DNA of 64,000 nt from an uncultured virus (IMG/VR IMGVR_UViG_3300030104_004432) (Duplodnaviria; Heunggongvirae; Uroviricota; Caudoviricetes). The position numbers were made by a program, and so were the translations under genes. Location: the IMG/VR virus record IMGVR_UViG_3300030104_004432. One strand, given 5' to 3'. The notes under the pieces are model-generated. The model saw only the letters and a program-made list of their open reading frames with translations. It had not been told where the DNA came from and ran no database searches. Below, piece after piece: positions 30,974 to 40,054 of the stretch (position 1 is its first letter; the number at the start of each line of letters is the position of its first letter).

Positions 30974-31895
30974 GATTGGTTATTATTATTGCAATACTGA
31001 TAAGTGTTGTAAGATAATCCCTAGAGGATGGCATGTAGGTCGTGGTGGATATATAGAACCAGATGAAGATAGTAAGAATGGGAAAAATGGAAATGGAAAT
31101 GGTAACGGTGGTTCTGGCAACGGCAATGGTGGTAATGGAAATGGTGGAAATGGTAATGGTGGTGGAATGTCTGAAGGATCTTTACATAAATGGTTCAAAG
31201 GTTCTAAGTCTAAAGATGGTAAAGGTGGATGGGTTAATGTAACTACAGGTGGAACTTGTGCGAGTGATGAACCTGGTGAAGGTACACCCAAGTGTGTATC
31301 ATCTTCTAAAAGGGCAAGTATGACTAAGGCAGAAAGAGCATCTGCATCTAGAAGAAAAAAAGCAGCAGATCCTGGTCAACAATCCAAGTCTGGTGCAGCA
31401 AAACCAACTTACGTATCTACTGACAAAAAGAAAATGAAAGAAGAAATTCAAATCACTGAAGCAGACAAAAAAGGCAAAGGTAGTGGCAAGAAAGATGCTT
31501 GCTACAAGAAAGTAAAAGCAAGTGCAAGTGTTTGGCCTTCTGCATATGCATCTGGTAGATTAGTTCAGTGTCGTAAGAAGGGTGCTGCCAACTATGGTAA
31601 TAGTAAAAAAGAATCATACTCTTGGAGAGATGATTTTGATTATATTGAAGAAGGTGCTGCTTGGACTAAGAAGTCTGGTAAGAATAAAGAAGGTGGATTA
31701 AATGAGAAAGGTAGAAAATCTTACGAACGTGAGAATCCTGGTTCTGATTTAAAGGCACCACAACCAGAAGGTGGTTCCCGAAAAAAATCATTCTGTGCTA
31801 GAATGGGTGGAATGAAAAAGAAACTTACCAGTTCTAAGACTGCTAACGATCCAGATTCAAGGATTAATAAAGCACTTAGAAAGTGGAAGTGCTAA
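30960..31895 (+). CDS. Basic multi-module hypothetical protein (candidate head-internal polyprotein)
   Basis: Lys-rich modules each with Cys residues, separated by a Gly/Asn linker and acidic xxE|G/A motifs. Confidence 0.75.
   Translation: MKKCRIGYYYCNTDKCCKIIPRGWHVGRGGYIEPDEDSKNGKNGNGNGNGGSGNGNGGNGNGGNGNGGGMSEGSLHKWFKGSKSKDGKGGWVNVTTGGTCASDEPGEGTPKCVSSSKRASMTKAERASASRRKKAADPGQQSKSGAAKPTYVSTDKKKMKEEIQITEADKKGKGSGKKDACYKKVKASASVWPSAYASGRLVQCRKKGAANYGNSKKESYSWRDDFDYIEEGAAWTKKSGKNKEGGLNEKGRKSYERENPGSDLKAPQPEGGSRKKSFCARMGGMKKKLTSSKTANDPDSRINKALRKWKC
31077..31166 (+). repeat. Low-complexity (AAT/GGN)n repeat encoding an NG/GN linker
   Basis: aatggaaatggaaatggtaacggt... = NGKNGNGNGNGGSGNGNGGNGNGGNGNGGG. 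Confidence 0.85.
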
Positions 31896-31908
31896 TACTT
31901 AATATTAT

Positions 31909-33536
31909 ATGTCTGCAGCTGAAGTATATCTAGGTAATCCCAACCTAAAAAAGGCAAATACGCCTATAGAATTTTCTCAGGATAATATTCTTGAGTTTTT
32001 GAAGTGTAAAGATGATCCCATATATTTTACTAGAAAGTATATAAAAATTGTTTCTCTTGATGAGGGACTAGTACCTTTTAATATGTACGATTTCCAAGAG
32101 AAATTGATTAGAAGGTTCCACGAGAATAGATTCAATATCTGTAAGATGCCTCGTCAGACAGGTAAATCTACTACATGTATATCATATCTTCTACACTATG
32201 CAGTTTTTAATGATAATGTAAATATTGCTGTCCTAGCAAACAAGGCATCTACTGCAAGAGATCTACTTGGTAGATTGCAACTGGCATATGAAAATTTGCC
32301 TAGATGGATGCAACAAGGTATAATATCATGGAATAAAGGTTCTTTAGAGTTAGAAAATGGATCAAAAATATCGGCAAACTCTACTTCTTCATCTGCTGTC
32401 CGAGGTGGATCCTATAATGTCATCTTTCTTGACGAGTTCGCCTTCATACCGAATCANNNNNNNNNNCTATCACGTCTGGACAAAGTACTAAAGTAATTAT
32501 TGTTTCAACCCCACGGGGTATGAATCATTTCTATCGTATGTGGCACGATAGTGAAAAAGGTAAGAGTGAATATGTTCCTACTGATGTTCATTGGAGTGAA
32601 GTTCCTGGTAGAGACTCTGTATGGAAAGAGCAAACTATTGCTAACACATCAGAAGCACAATTTAAAATTGAGTTTGAGTGTGAGTTTTTAGGTTCTGTTA
32701 ATACTTTAATTAATCCAGCAAAACTTAAAAATCTTGTATATGAGGAACCATTAAAGAGAAATGCGGGTCTTGATATTTACGAAGAACCAATAAAAGATCA
32801 TAATTATGTAATGACTGTTGATGTAGCAAGAGGTTTGGGTAATGATTATTCCGCATTTATAGTTTTTGATACTACAGAATTCCCATACAAGGTTGTTGCA
32901 AAATATAGAAATAATGAAATTAAACCTATGCTATTTCCCAATATTATTTGGGATGTTGCAAGGGGATATAATGAAGCATTCTTATTAATAGAAGTTAATG
33001 ATATTGGAGATCAGGTAGCTTCTATTTTAAATTATGATTTAGAATATGAAAATCTTCTTATGGCATCTATGAGAGGAAGAAATGGTCAAGTTGTAGGACA
33101 AGGATTTTCTGGAAAGAAAACACAACTTGGTGTACGAATGACATCTGCAGTTAAAAAATTAGGATGTAGTAACCTTAAAGCAATAATTGAAGATGATAAA
33201 TTATTATCTTGTGATTATGAAATCATATCAGAATTAACCACTTTTGCACAAAAAGGTAATTCATTTGAAGCAGAGGAAGGATGTAATGATGATTTAGCAA
33301 TGTGTCTTGTAATATTTGCATGGTTAGTTGCACAAGATTACTTCAAGGAAATGACGGATAATGATATTCGTAAGAGGCTTTATGAAGAACAAAAAAATCA
33401 GATAGAGCAAGATATGGCACCATTTGGATTTATTTCAGATGGATTTGATAGTATGGAAAGTTTTAAGGATAAAGATGGTGATACTTGGCACACTGATGAA
33501 TATGGTGATCGTTCCTATATGTGGGATTATAGGTAA
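31909..33536 (+). CDS. g17: Terminase large subunit gp17 (one gene, interrupted by an N gap at 32457-32466)
   Basis: Walker A 'PRQTGKST', Walker B 'IFLDEFAF'; after the gap the frame of the second ORF reads (T)ITSGQSTKVIIVSTPRGMNHFY; nuclease motifs 'VDVARG', 'DDLAM'. Confidence 0.93.
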
Positions 33537-33767
33537 GTGGAAATTGATGAACAGGTTAAATTAGGTCACCTATTATTTTCAGAAAGAAAGTGTAGGATTT
33601 GTGGAGAAACAAAAGATTTAATTGATGATTTTTATATTACACGTAAAAATAGAAAAAATTTAATGTCTTCTTATTCTTATGAATGTAAAGTATGTACTAT
33701 AAGAAGAGTTGTAGAAAATAGAAAAAAAAGTAAACCATTCGAAGATTGGGGTTATCCAGATTGGTGA
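33537..33767 (+). CDS. Small zinc-ribbon protein (CxxC...CxxC)
   Basis: 'CRICGETK...DFY...YSYECKVC'; GTG start directly after the g17 stop. Confidence 0.7.
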   Translation: MEIDEQVKLGHLLFSERKCRICGETKDLIDDFYITRKNRKNLMSSYSYECKVCTIRRVVENRKKSKPFEDWGYPDW

Positions 33768-33805
33768 TGTTCATGCAATGTTTCCCCAACGAAAATCCCT
33801 GTTTT

Positions 33806-33813
33806 CATAAATA
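33806..33813 (+). promoter_or_regulatory. Late promoter (CATAAATA) for g18
   Basis: Late-promoter core in the intergenic region before the sheath gene. Confidence 0.7.
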
Positions 33814-33849
33814 TTTTTAGATAAATTTGGATTGCGAGGGGAAAACAAG

Positions 33850-36552
33850 ATGCCTTTAAATTTAGCATCTCCTGGAATTCTGGTAAGGGAAGTCGATTTA
33901 ACCATTGGTGGTGTCGATCCAACTACAGACAAAATTGGAGGTCTTGTTGGACCTTTCGAAAAAGGTCCTGTAGATGTTCCTACAACAGTTGTCAGTGAGA
34001 ACGATTTAGTTAATAAATTTGGAAGACCGTTTGATACGGACAAGCAGTATGAGTCATGGATGGTTGCATCATCATATCTTGCATATGGTGGACAATTAAG
34101 TATTGTTAGAGCAGATGATAAACCATTAGAGGCTAGTGAAGGTCTTAGAAATGGTTTTGTAGGTACTGCTTCTAGTGTTAAGATTAAAAGTGTTGAGCAT
34201 TATGATGAATTGGGTTATGCTGATAATGCCATTACTGGTGTTACTGTAGCTGCTAAGAACCCAGGAACATGGTCAAATGATATTAGAGTTGCTATAATTG
34301 ATAGTAAAGCAGATCAAATCATTACTTTAGATAGTACAACTGGTTTGACAGTTGGTGCTGCTGTAACTCAAGCAGTAGTTGAGAACACAGTAATCAGACA
34401 ATTAGGTGCTGGTAAAACTGAATTTATGGATGGATACTATAAAGGTATCATTACTGGTATTGATGATGATAATAACACAGTTGATGTTAAGTTCTTAAGT
34501 AATGTATCTGCAGGTAACACTGAGTATCCTAAAGATTATAATAGTACATATAAGTTTAGTGTAGGTGCAGTAACTTTCCCAAATAGTGGAGCAGGAACAA
34601 CATCAGCAAATATTACAAGAGGATCTCTTGGTAGTAGTGCTGCAGCACATAATTCAAATGCATTAGTGGCTTCATACTTTAATACAAAAACAGGAACTCT
34701 TGATCAAGTGGGTGATGCACCTTTATTGGCTGCAGGTACCGAGATTGGTATTAATACATTTGGATTGTCAACTTTAGTTGGTACTTCAACTCATTTCTGT
34801 AATATTGGAAATGAAATTATATCTTTAAGTGGTGCAGCAATAGGTACAGGTCAAATCACTGGTGTAACTAGAGCATCGGAAGGTACAACTGCAGCTGAAC
34901 ATGTTGATGGTCTTCCTGTTAAGTTCTTTACAAAATTTGTTGGTGTTGCAACAGTAACTACAACTATAAATGATAGTGCAGGATCAGTTGGTTTAACTAC
35001 AAATCTTGATGCTACTACTAAAGTTAACACAGGTGGACTTTTAAAAATTGGTACTGAATGGTTAGGTGTAACAGCATTTTATAATGGATCTATTAGTGAA
35101 AAAACTGCAACTAAATCTCTTGATTGGTTTGATCAACAAACTATAGCAACAGGAACTAATACTGTTGGTGGAGCATCTACTCTAACTACTATAAATTGGA
35201 ATACTGTTGCCGACAAACCTGGAACATCTGATTTTGCTTCTACTAGAGGTGCAAGATTTGATGAAGTTCATGTTGTTGTAATTGATGGTAAGGGAAGTGT
35301 TACTGGAAATGCAGGAACAATTCTTGAAAAGCATTTAAATCTTTCAAAAGCAAAAGATTCTGAGTTCTCTGTAGGTTCACCTTCATACTGGAGATCATAC
35401 TTAGAGACCAATTCTGATTATATCTTTGGTGGAACAGGTGCTCTTATCGGAACAACAAAATCTGGATTCGAAGCTTCGAATTATGTTCCATTTGGTGATG
35501 GTACATGGGATCAAAATACAGAAGGTAAAATCTTTAATGTATCTGGAAAACAGGATCTTACCTTAAGTGGTGGATTAAACTATGGTGGAAAGGCAGATTT
35601 AACTACTGCTGGAGCACTTGATTCTGGACTAGATGATTTAATCGGTGGTTATGGTAAGTTTGAGAATGATACTACAGTAGATGTAGACTTCTTACTTATG
35701 GGTTCTGGAAAATATGGTGAAGATAAGACCAGAGCACTTGCAGAGAAGTTAATTGCTGTTGCTGATATAAGAAAGGATGCGGTTGCATTTATTTCACCTT
35801 ATAGAGGATCAATGATATCAGATACTACAGATGAAGGTAAAGCAACAATTGAAGATGATGATACAATTACTCAAAATGTAGTTGATTACTATAGCACAAT
35901 ATCATCTTCATCATATGCTGTATTCGATAGTGGATACAAGTACATGTATGATAGATTTAACGATAAGTTCCGTTATGTTCCATTAAATGGTGATATTGCA
36001 GGAACTTGTGCAAGAACCGATATCAATGATTTCCCATGGTTCTCACCAGCAGGAACAGATAGAGGTGCTATTCTTAATGCAGTAAAACTTCCATACAATC
36101 CAACCAAATTACAGAGAGATTCACTTTATTCAAATAGAGTAAACCCTGTAATCTTCTCACCTGGATCAGGAATTGTTCTATTCGGTGATAAGACTGGATT
36201 TGCTAAGAGATCTGCATTTGATAGAATTAATGTTCGTAGATTATTCATCTACCTTGAAGATGCTATTTCTGCTGCTGCAAAAGATTTATTATTCGAATTC
36301 AACGATGAAATTACAAGGTCGAACTTCGTCAATATCGTTGAACCATTCCTCCGTGACGTGCAGGCTAAGAGAGGAATTCAAGATTATGTTGTAATCTGTG
36401 ACGAAACAAATAACACTGCTGCAATTATTGATGCAAATGAATTTATTGCAGACATATACATCAAACCTGCAAGGTCAATTAACTTCATTGGTCTAACATT
36501 CGTTGCCACTAGAACTGGCGTTTCATTTGAAGAAGTAATCGGTTCCGTTTAA
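33850..36552 (+). CDS. g18: Tail sheath protein gp18 (900 aa, with internal insertion)
   Basis: 'ASPGILVREVDLT', 'GPFEKGP', 'PWFSPAG..RG', 'FDRINVRRLF', 'IKPARSINFI.LTFVATRTG'; ATG at 33850 preferred. Confidence 0.96.
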   Translation: MPLNLASPGILVREVDLTIGGVDPTTDKIGGLVGPFEKGPVDVPTTVVSENDLVNKFGRPFDTDKQYESWMVASSYLAYGGQLSIVRADDKPLEASEGLRNGFVGTASSVKIKSVEHYDELGYADNAITGVTVAAKNPGTWSNDIRVAIIDSKADQIITLDSTTGLTVGAAVTQAVVENTVIRQLGAGKTEFMDGYYKGIITGIDDDNNTVDVKFLSNVSAGNTEYPKDYNSTYKFSVGAVTFPNSGAGTTSANITRGSLGSSAAAHNSNALVASYFNTKTGTLDQVGDAPLLAAGTEIGINTFGLSTLVGTSTHFCNIGNEIISLSGAAIGTGQITGVTRASEGTTAAEHVDGLPVKFFTKFVGVATVTTTINDSAGSVGLTTNLDATTKVNTGGLLKIGTEWLGVTAFYNGSISEKTATKSLDWFDQQTIATGTNTVGGASTLTTINWNTVADKPGTSDFASTRGARFDEVHVVVIDGKGSVTGNAGTILEKHLNLSKAKDSEFSVGSPSYWRSYLETNSDYIFGGTGALIGTTKSGFEASNYVPFGDGTWDQNTEGKIFNVSGKQDLTLSGGLNYGGKADLTTAGALDSGLDDLIGGYGKFENDTTVDVDFLLMGSGKYGEDKTRALAEKLIAVADIRKDAVAFISPYRGSMISDTTDEGKATIEDDDTITQNVVDYYSTISSSSYAVFDSGYKYMYDRFNDKFRYVPLNGDIAGTCARTDINDFPWFSPAGTDRGAILNAVKLPYNPTKLQRDSLYSNRVNPVIFSPGSGIVLFGDKTGFAKRSAFDRINVRRLFIYLEDAISAAAKDLLFEFNDEITRSNFVNIVEPFLRDVQAKRGIQDYVVICDETNNTAAIIDANEFIADIYIKPARSINFIGLTFVATRTGVSFEEVIGSV

Positions 36553-36572
36553 TTAAATTAGAGGTTTAAAAA

Positions 36573-37166
36573 ATGCCTTCACGTCAACAACAAAACACTA
36601 TTCCACTAAGGAAAATTAGTGATTTTAAAAGCAGACTATCTGGTGGTGGTGCTAGACCGAATCTCTTTGAGGTTGAGCTAGCATTCCCAGATGCTGTATC
36701 CATAGCAAATGATGTTTTACAGAAGTCAAGATTTCTTGTAAAAGCTGCTGCTCTTCCAACATCAACCATTGCTCCAGTAGATATCCCATTCAGGGGTCGT
36801 ATTTTGAAAGTTGCTGGTGACAGAACTTTCGAAACTTGGACAGTCACTGTTATCAACGATACTGACTTTGCAATTCGTTCTGCTTTTGAAAAGTGGATGA
36901 ATGCAATCAACAAATTGGATGATGCCACTGGTCTTACAAATCCAGAGACATACCAGAAAGATGCTCAGGTTCATCAATTAGATAGAGATGGATCTGTTCT
37001 CAGATCTTATAAGTTCTGGGACATTTACCCAACTAATATTTCAACAATAGACCTAAGTTATGAGACCACTGATACTATTGAAGAATTTACAGTAGAATTC
37101 CAAGTTCACTGGTGGGAAGCATTCAAAGGTAGCGGTGCAAATGCTGGTGGTGAAAATATCAGCTAA
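36573..37166 (+). CDS. g19: Tail tube protein gp19
   Basis: 'GGGARPNLFEV', 'FRGRILKVAGDRTFETW.VTV.ND', 'IEEFTVEF'. Confidence 0.96.
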   Translation: MPSRQQQNTIPLRKISDFKSRLSGGGARPNLFEVELAFPDAVSIANDVLQKSRFLVKAAALPTSTIAPVDIPFRGRILKVAGDRTFETWTVTVINDTDFAIRSAFEKWMNAINKLDDATGLTNPETYQKDAQVHQLDRDGSVLRSYKFWDIYPTNISTIDLSYETTDTIEEFTVEFQVHWWEAFKGSGANAGGENIS

Positions 37167-37169
37167 ATA
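37163..37169 (+). promoter_or_regulatory. Late promoter variant CTAAATA before g20
   Basis: Overlaps the g19 stop codon. Confidence 0.6.
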
Positions 37170-37201
37170 GTGCTATAATAGTAAGATAAAGCAATTATAC
37201 G

Positions 37202-38869
37202 ATGGCACGACTCTTTGGATTCTCCGTTGAGGATAAGGAAAAACAATCAAAATCTATAGTCTCACCCGTACCTCAAACTAATGAGGACGGGTCAGACTTT
37301 TATATTTCTAGTGGGTTTTACGGACAATACGTAGATATCGAAGGAGTATATAAAAACGAATTTGATTTAATTAGAAGATATCGTGAGATGGCACTACACC
37401 CTGAGTGTGATGGTGCCATTGAAGATGTTGTTAATGAAGCAATTGTTAGTGATTTGTATGACTCACCAGTTGAAATAGAATTAACAAACTTGAATGCAAG
37501 TGATAAATTAAAGAAAATTATTAGAGATGAATTTAAAACTATCAAAGAGATATTAGATTTTGATAGAAAGGCACATGAGATATTTAAGAATTGGTATATT
37601 GATGGTAAATTAGCATATCTAAAAGTTATTGATCAAAAGCATCCTGAAGAGGGTATTAAAGATTTAAGGTATATTGATTCATTAAAAATAAGATTTATTA
37701 GACAGGAAAAGAAAAAGAATAGGGATCAATATATCAATGTTGCTAGTAATAGGGACAATCCTGCATCTTCAATAACTCCAGAACTTGAAGAGTATTATCT
37801 TTATACTCCCGCACCTGCGTATCCATCAAATGCAATAACTGGTGGTGGTGGAAGTAAAGGAGTTAAAATTGCAAAGGATGCAATTACCTATTGCACATCT
37901 GGGTTAATTGATAGAAATAAAGGAACAGTTCTTTCATATCTCAATAAAGCAATCAAGGCACTTAATCAATTAAGAATGATTGAGGATAGTCTTGTAATTT
38001 ATAGATTATCAAGAGCACCAGAAAGAAGAATATTCTATATTGACGTAGGTAATCTTCCTAAAGTTAAAGCAGAGCAATACCTTAAAGAGGTAATGTATCG
38101 TTATAGAAATAAGTTAGTTTATAATGCTTCTACTGGTGAAGTTAGAGATGACAGAAAGTTCATGTCTATGATGGAAGATTTCTGGTTACCACGTAGAGAA
38201 GGTGGTAGAGGAACTGAGATCACAACACTTCCTGGTGGACAAAACCTTGGAGAACTTGCTGACATTGAGTATTTCCAAAAGAAATTATATCGTTCTTTGG
38301 GTGTTCCTGAATCTAGAATTGCTGCAGAAGGTGGTTTTAATTTAGGTCGTTCATCTGAAATTCTAAGAGATGAACTTAAGTTCTCTAAGTTTGTAGGACG
38401 TTTGAGAAAGAGATTTGCTCAAATGTTTAATGATATGCTTAAGACTCAATTAATTCTTAAGAATATTGTAACACCAGAAGATTGGGAATCTATTAGAGAG
38501 CATATTCAGTATGATTTCATCTATGATAATCAGTTTGCTGAATTAAAAGAAACTGAGATGATGAATGAGAGATTGGGAACTCTTGCTACCATTGAACCCT
38601 ATATTGGACAATATTACTCAAAAGAGTGGGTTCGTAGAAAAGTCTTACGTCAAACTGATAGTGAGATGATAGAAATGGATGAGCAAATAGAACAGGAAAT
38701 TAAAGATGGTGTAATACCAGATCCAGCAGCAATTGACCCTATAACAGGAGAACCATTACCTCCAGAGGGTGAAATGGGAATGATGGGTGAAGTCCCAATG
38801 GAACCAGAAATTGATGGTGGAGTTACCAACGCACAGATGCAAAAAGATACCAAGAAGGCAGAGATATAA
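37202..38869 (+). CDS. g20: Portal protein gp20
   Basis: 'YREMALHPECD.AIED.VNEAI', 'IYRLSRAPERRIFYIDVGNLP', 'EDFWLPRREGGRGTEITTLPGG'. Confidence 0.97.
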   Translation: MARLFGFSVEDKEKQSKSIVSPVPQTNEDGSDFYISSGFYGQYVDIEGVYKNEFDLIRRYREMALHPECDGAIEDVVNEAIVSDLYDSPVEIELTNLNASDKLKKIIRDEFKTIKEILDFDRKAHEIFKNWYIDGKLAYLKVIDQKHPEEGIKDLRYIDSLKIRFIRQEKKKNRDQYINVASNRDNPASSITPELEEYYLYTPAPAYPSNAITGGGGSKGVKIAKDAITYCTSGLIDRNKGTVLSYLNKAIKALNQLRMIEDSLVIYRLSRAPERRIFYIDVGNLPKVKAEQYLKEVMYRYRNKLVYNASTGEVRDDRKFMSMMEDFWLPRREGGRGTEITTLPGGQNLGELADIEYFQKKLYRSLGVPESRIAAEGGFNLGRSSEILRDELKFSKFVGRLRKRFAQMFNDMLKTQLILKNIVTPEDWESIREHIQYDFIYDNQFAELKETEMMNERLGTLATIEPYIGQYYSKEWVRRKVLRQTDSEMIEMDEQIEQEIKDGVIPDPAAIDPITGEPLPPEGEMGMMGEVPMEPEIDGGVTNAQMQKDTKKAEI

Positions 38870-38872
38870 ATA
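38865..38872 (+). promoter_or_regulatory. Late promoter TATAAATA
   Basis: Exact consensus overlapping the g20 stop. Confidence 0.8.
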
Positions 38873-38895
38873 AAGTATAATAATATATTAATAAA

Positions 38896-39096
38896 ATGGA
38901 TGAGATTATCGATTTGATTGCGACTGATTCTAGTTCTTCGGATGTTAGTGATAAGATTAAAGATCTTTTATATACTAAAGCCGCAGATAAAATAGAATCA
39001 CAACGCTCTGATGTTGCAATGTCTATGTTCAATCAATCTGAACCAGAAGTTGAAACAACTGTAGAACCTGAAGAGGAATCACAAGAAGATGTCTAG
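38896..39096 (+). CDS. Small acidic prohead core protein (gp67-like)
   Basis: Acidic 66-aa protein directly after g20; syntenic with T4 g67. Confidence 0.6.
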   Translation: MDEIIDLIATDSSSSDVSDKIKDLLYTKAADKIESQRSDVAMSMFNQSEPEVETTVEPEEESQEDV

Positions 39097-39358
39097 AATT
39101 TTAATAAAAGGTGCTGAAGAAGCATTAGCACAAAATACTGCTGGTGCTAAAATTTTTAGTAATGCACGATTAGTTCGTCTTGTAAATACAACCTCTAATG
39201 CACATCTAGTTACATTAGTCGCAGCAGTGAGTGGATCAACAATTGGTTCATTTACCTTAGCAGGTGGTGAATCAGTCGAATTAGAAAAGGAACCATTAAA
39301 TGGTGTCTTTGCTGCAAATGCTGGAGTACTAGGTTCTCCAATAGGATATAGCAACTAA
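39089..39358 (+). CDS. Conserved hypothetical virion protein (beta-rich, 89 aa)
   Basis: Located between the gp67-like gene and g21; 'A.LVRLVN', 'GSFTL..GE...LEK'. Confidence 0.7.
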   Translation: MSRILIKGAEEALAQNTAGAKIFSNARLVRLVNTTSNAHLVTLVAAVSGSTIGSFTLAGGESVELEKEPLNGVFAANAGVLGSPIGYSN

Positions 39359-39363
39359 GAAAA

Positions 39364-40014
39364 ATGAAACTAATTACCGAAGAAATTTCAAGCGTTAAAT
39401 TTATCACCGAAGGAAAAGGTGCTAAAAAGAAAATGTATATTGAAGGTGTTTTCTTACAAGGAGATCTCAAAAATCGTAATGGCAGAATGTATCCAGTAAA
39501 CACTCTTACAAGAGAAGTTGGTAGATACAATGAGTCCTTTGTTCAAAAGGGACGTGCTCTTGGTGAGTTGGGACATCCAGATGGTCCAACTGTAAACCTT
39601 GATCGTGTATCACATATGATTACTTCTCTTAAACAAGAGGGTAATAATTTTATTGGTAAAGCACAACTTCTCGATACCCCTATGGGTAAGATTGCAAAAT
39701 CTTTAATTGGTGAAGGTGTAACTCTTGGTGTTTCTTCTCGTGGAGTTGGTTCTCTTAAAGAAGATCGTAATGGTTGCAAAGTTGTTGGTGAAGATTTTAT
39801 GTTAGCAACTGCTGCTGATATCGTAGCAGATCCTAGTGCTCCAGATGCTTTTGTCTCTGGAATCATGGAAGGAAAAGAATGGGTTTGGGAAGGAGGAATT
39901 CTTCGTGAACAACATGCCCAAAGTATTAAAAATAGAATTAATGCTTTAGGAGGGCAAAATAGATTGGAAGAACATAAGTTGGATTTATTCAACAATTTCT
40001 TATCAAATCTATAA
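39364..40014 (+). CDS. g21: Prohead protease gp21
   Basis: 'YIEGVFLQ...KNRNGRMYP', 'ALGELGHP', 'GVSSRG.GS', 'DIVADPSAPDAFV'. Confidence 0.96.
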   Translation: MKLITEEISSVKFITEGKGAKKKMYIEGVFLQGDLKNRNGRMYPVNTLTREVGRYNESFVQKGRALGELGHPDGPTVNLDRVSHMITSLKQEGNNFIGKAQLLDTPMGKIAKSLIGEGVTLGVSSRGVGSLKEDRNGCKVVGEDFMLATAADIVADPSAPDAFVSGIMEGKEWVWEGGILREQHAQSIKNRINALGGQNRLEEHKLDLFNNFLSNL

Positions 40015-40018
40015 GTTC

Positions 40019-40026
40019 TATAAATA
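40019..40026 (+). promoter_or_regulatory. Late promoter TATAAATA for g22-g23
   Basis: Exact consensus, intergenic. Confidence 0.85.
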
Positions 40027-40054
40027 AATACAGATTAAACACATATCTAAATAA

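Noticed and set aside
31077..31166. GN repeat as a contingency or slippage locus
   Set aside because: Codons are synonymous-diversified (aat/aac, gga/ggt/ggc), indicating selection on the peptide linker rather than a DNA microsatellite
31909..33536. g17 as a frameshifted pseudogene or two genes
   Set aside because: The break coincides exactly with a 10-N gap and conserved gp17 sequence resumes right after it; this is an assembly artefact
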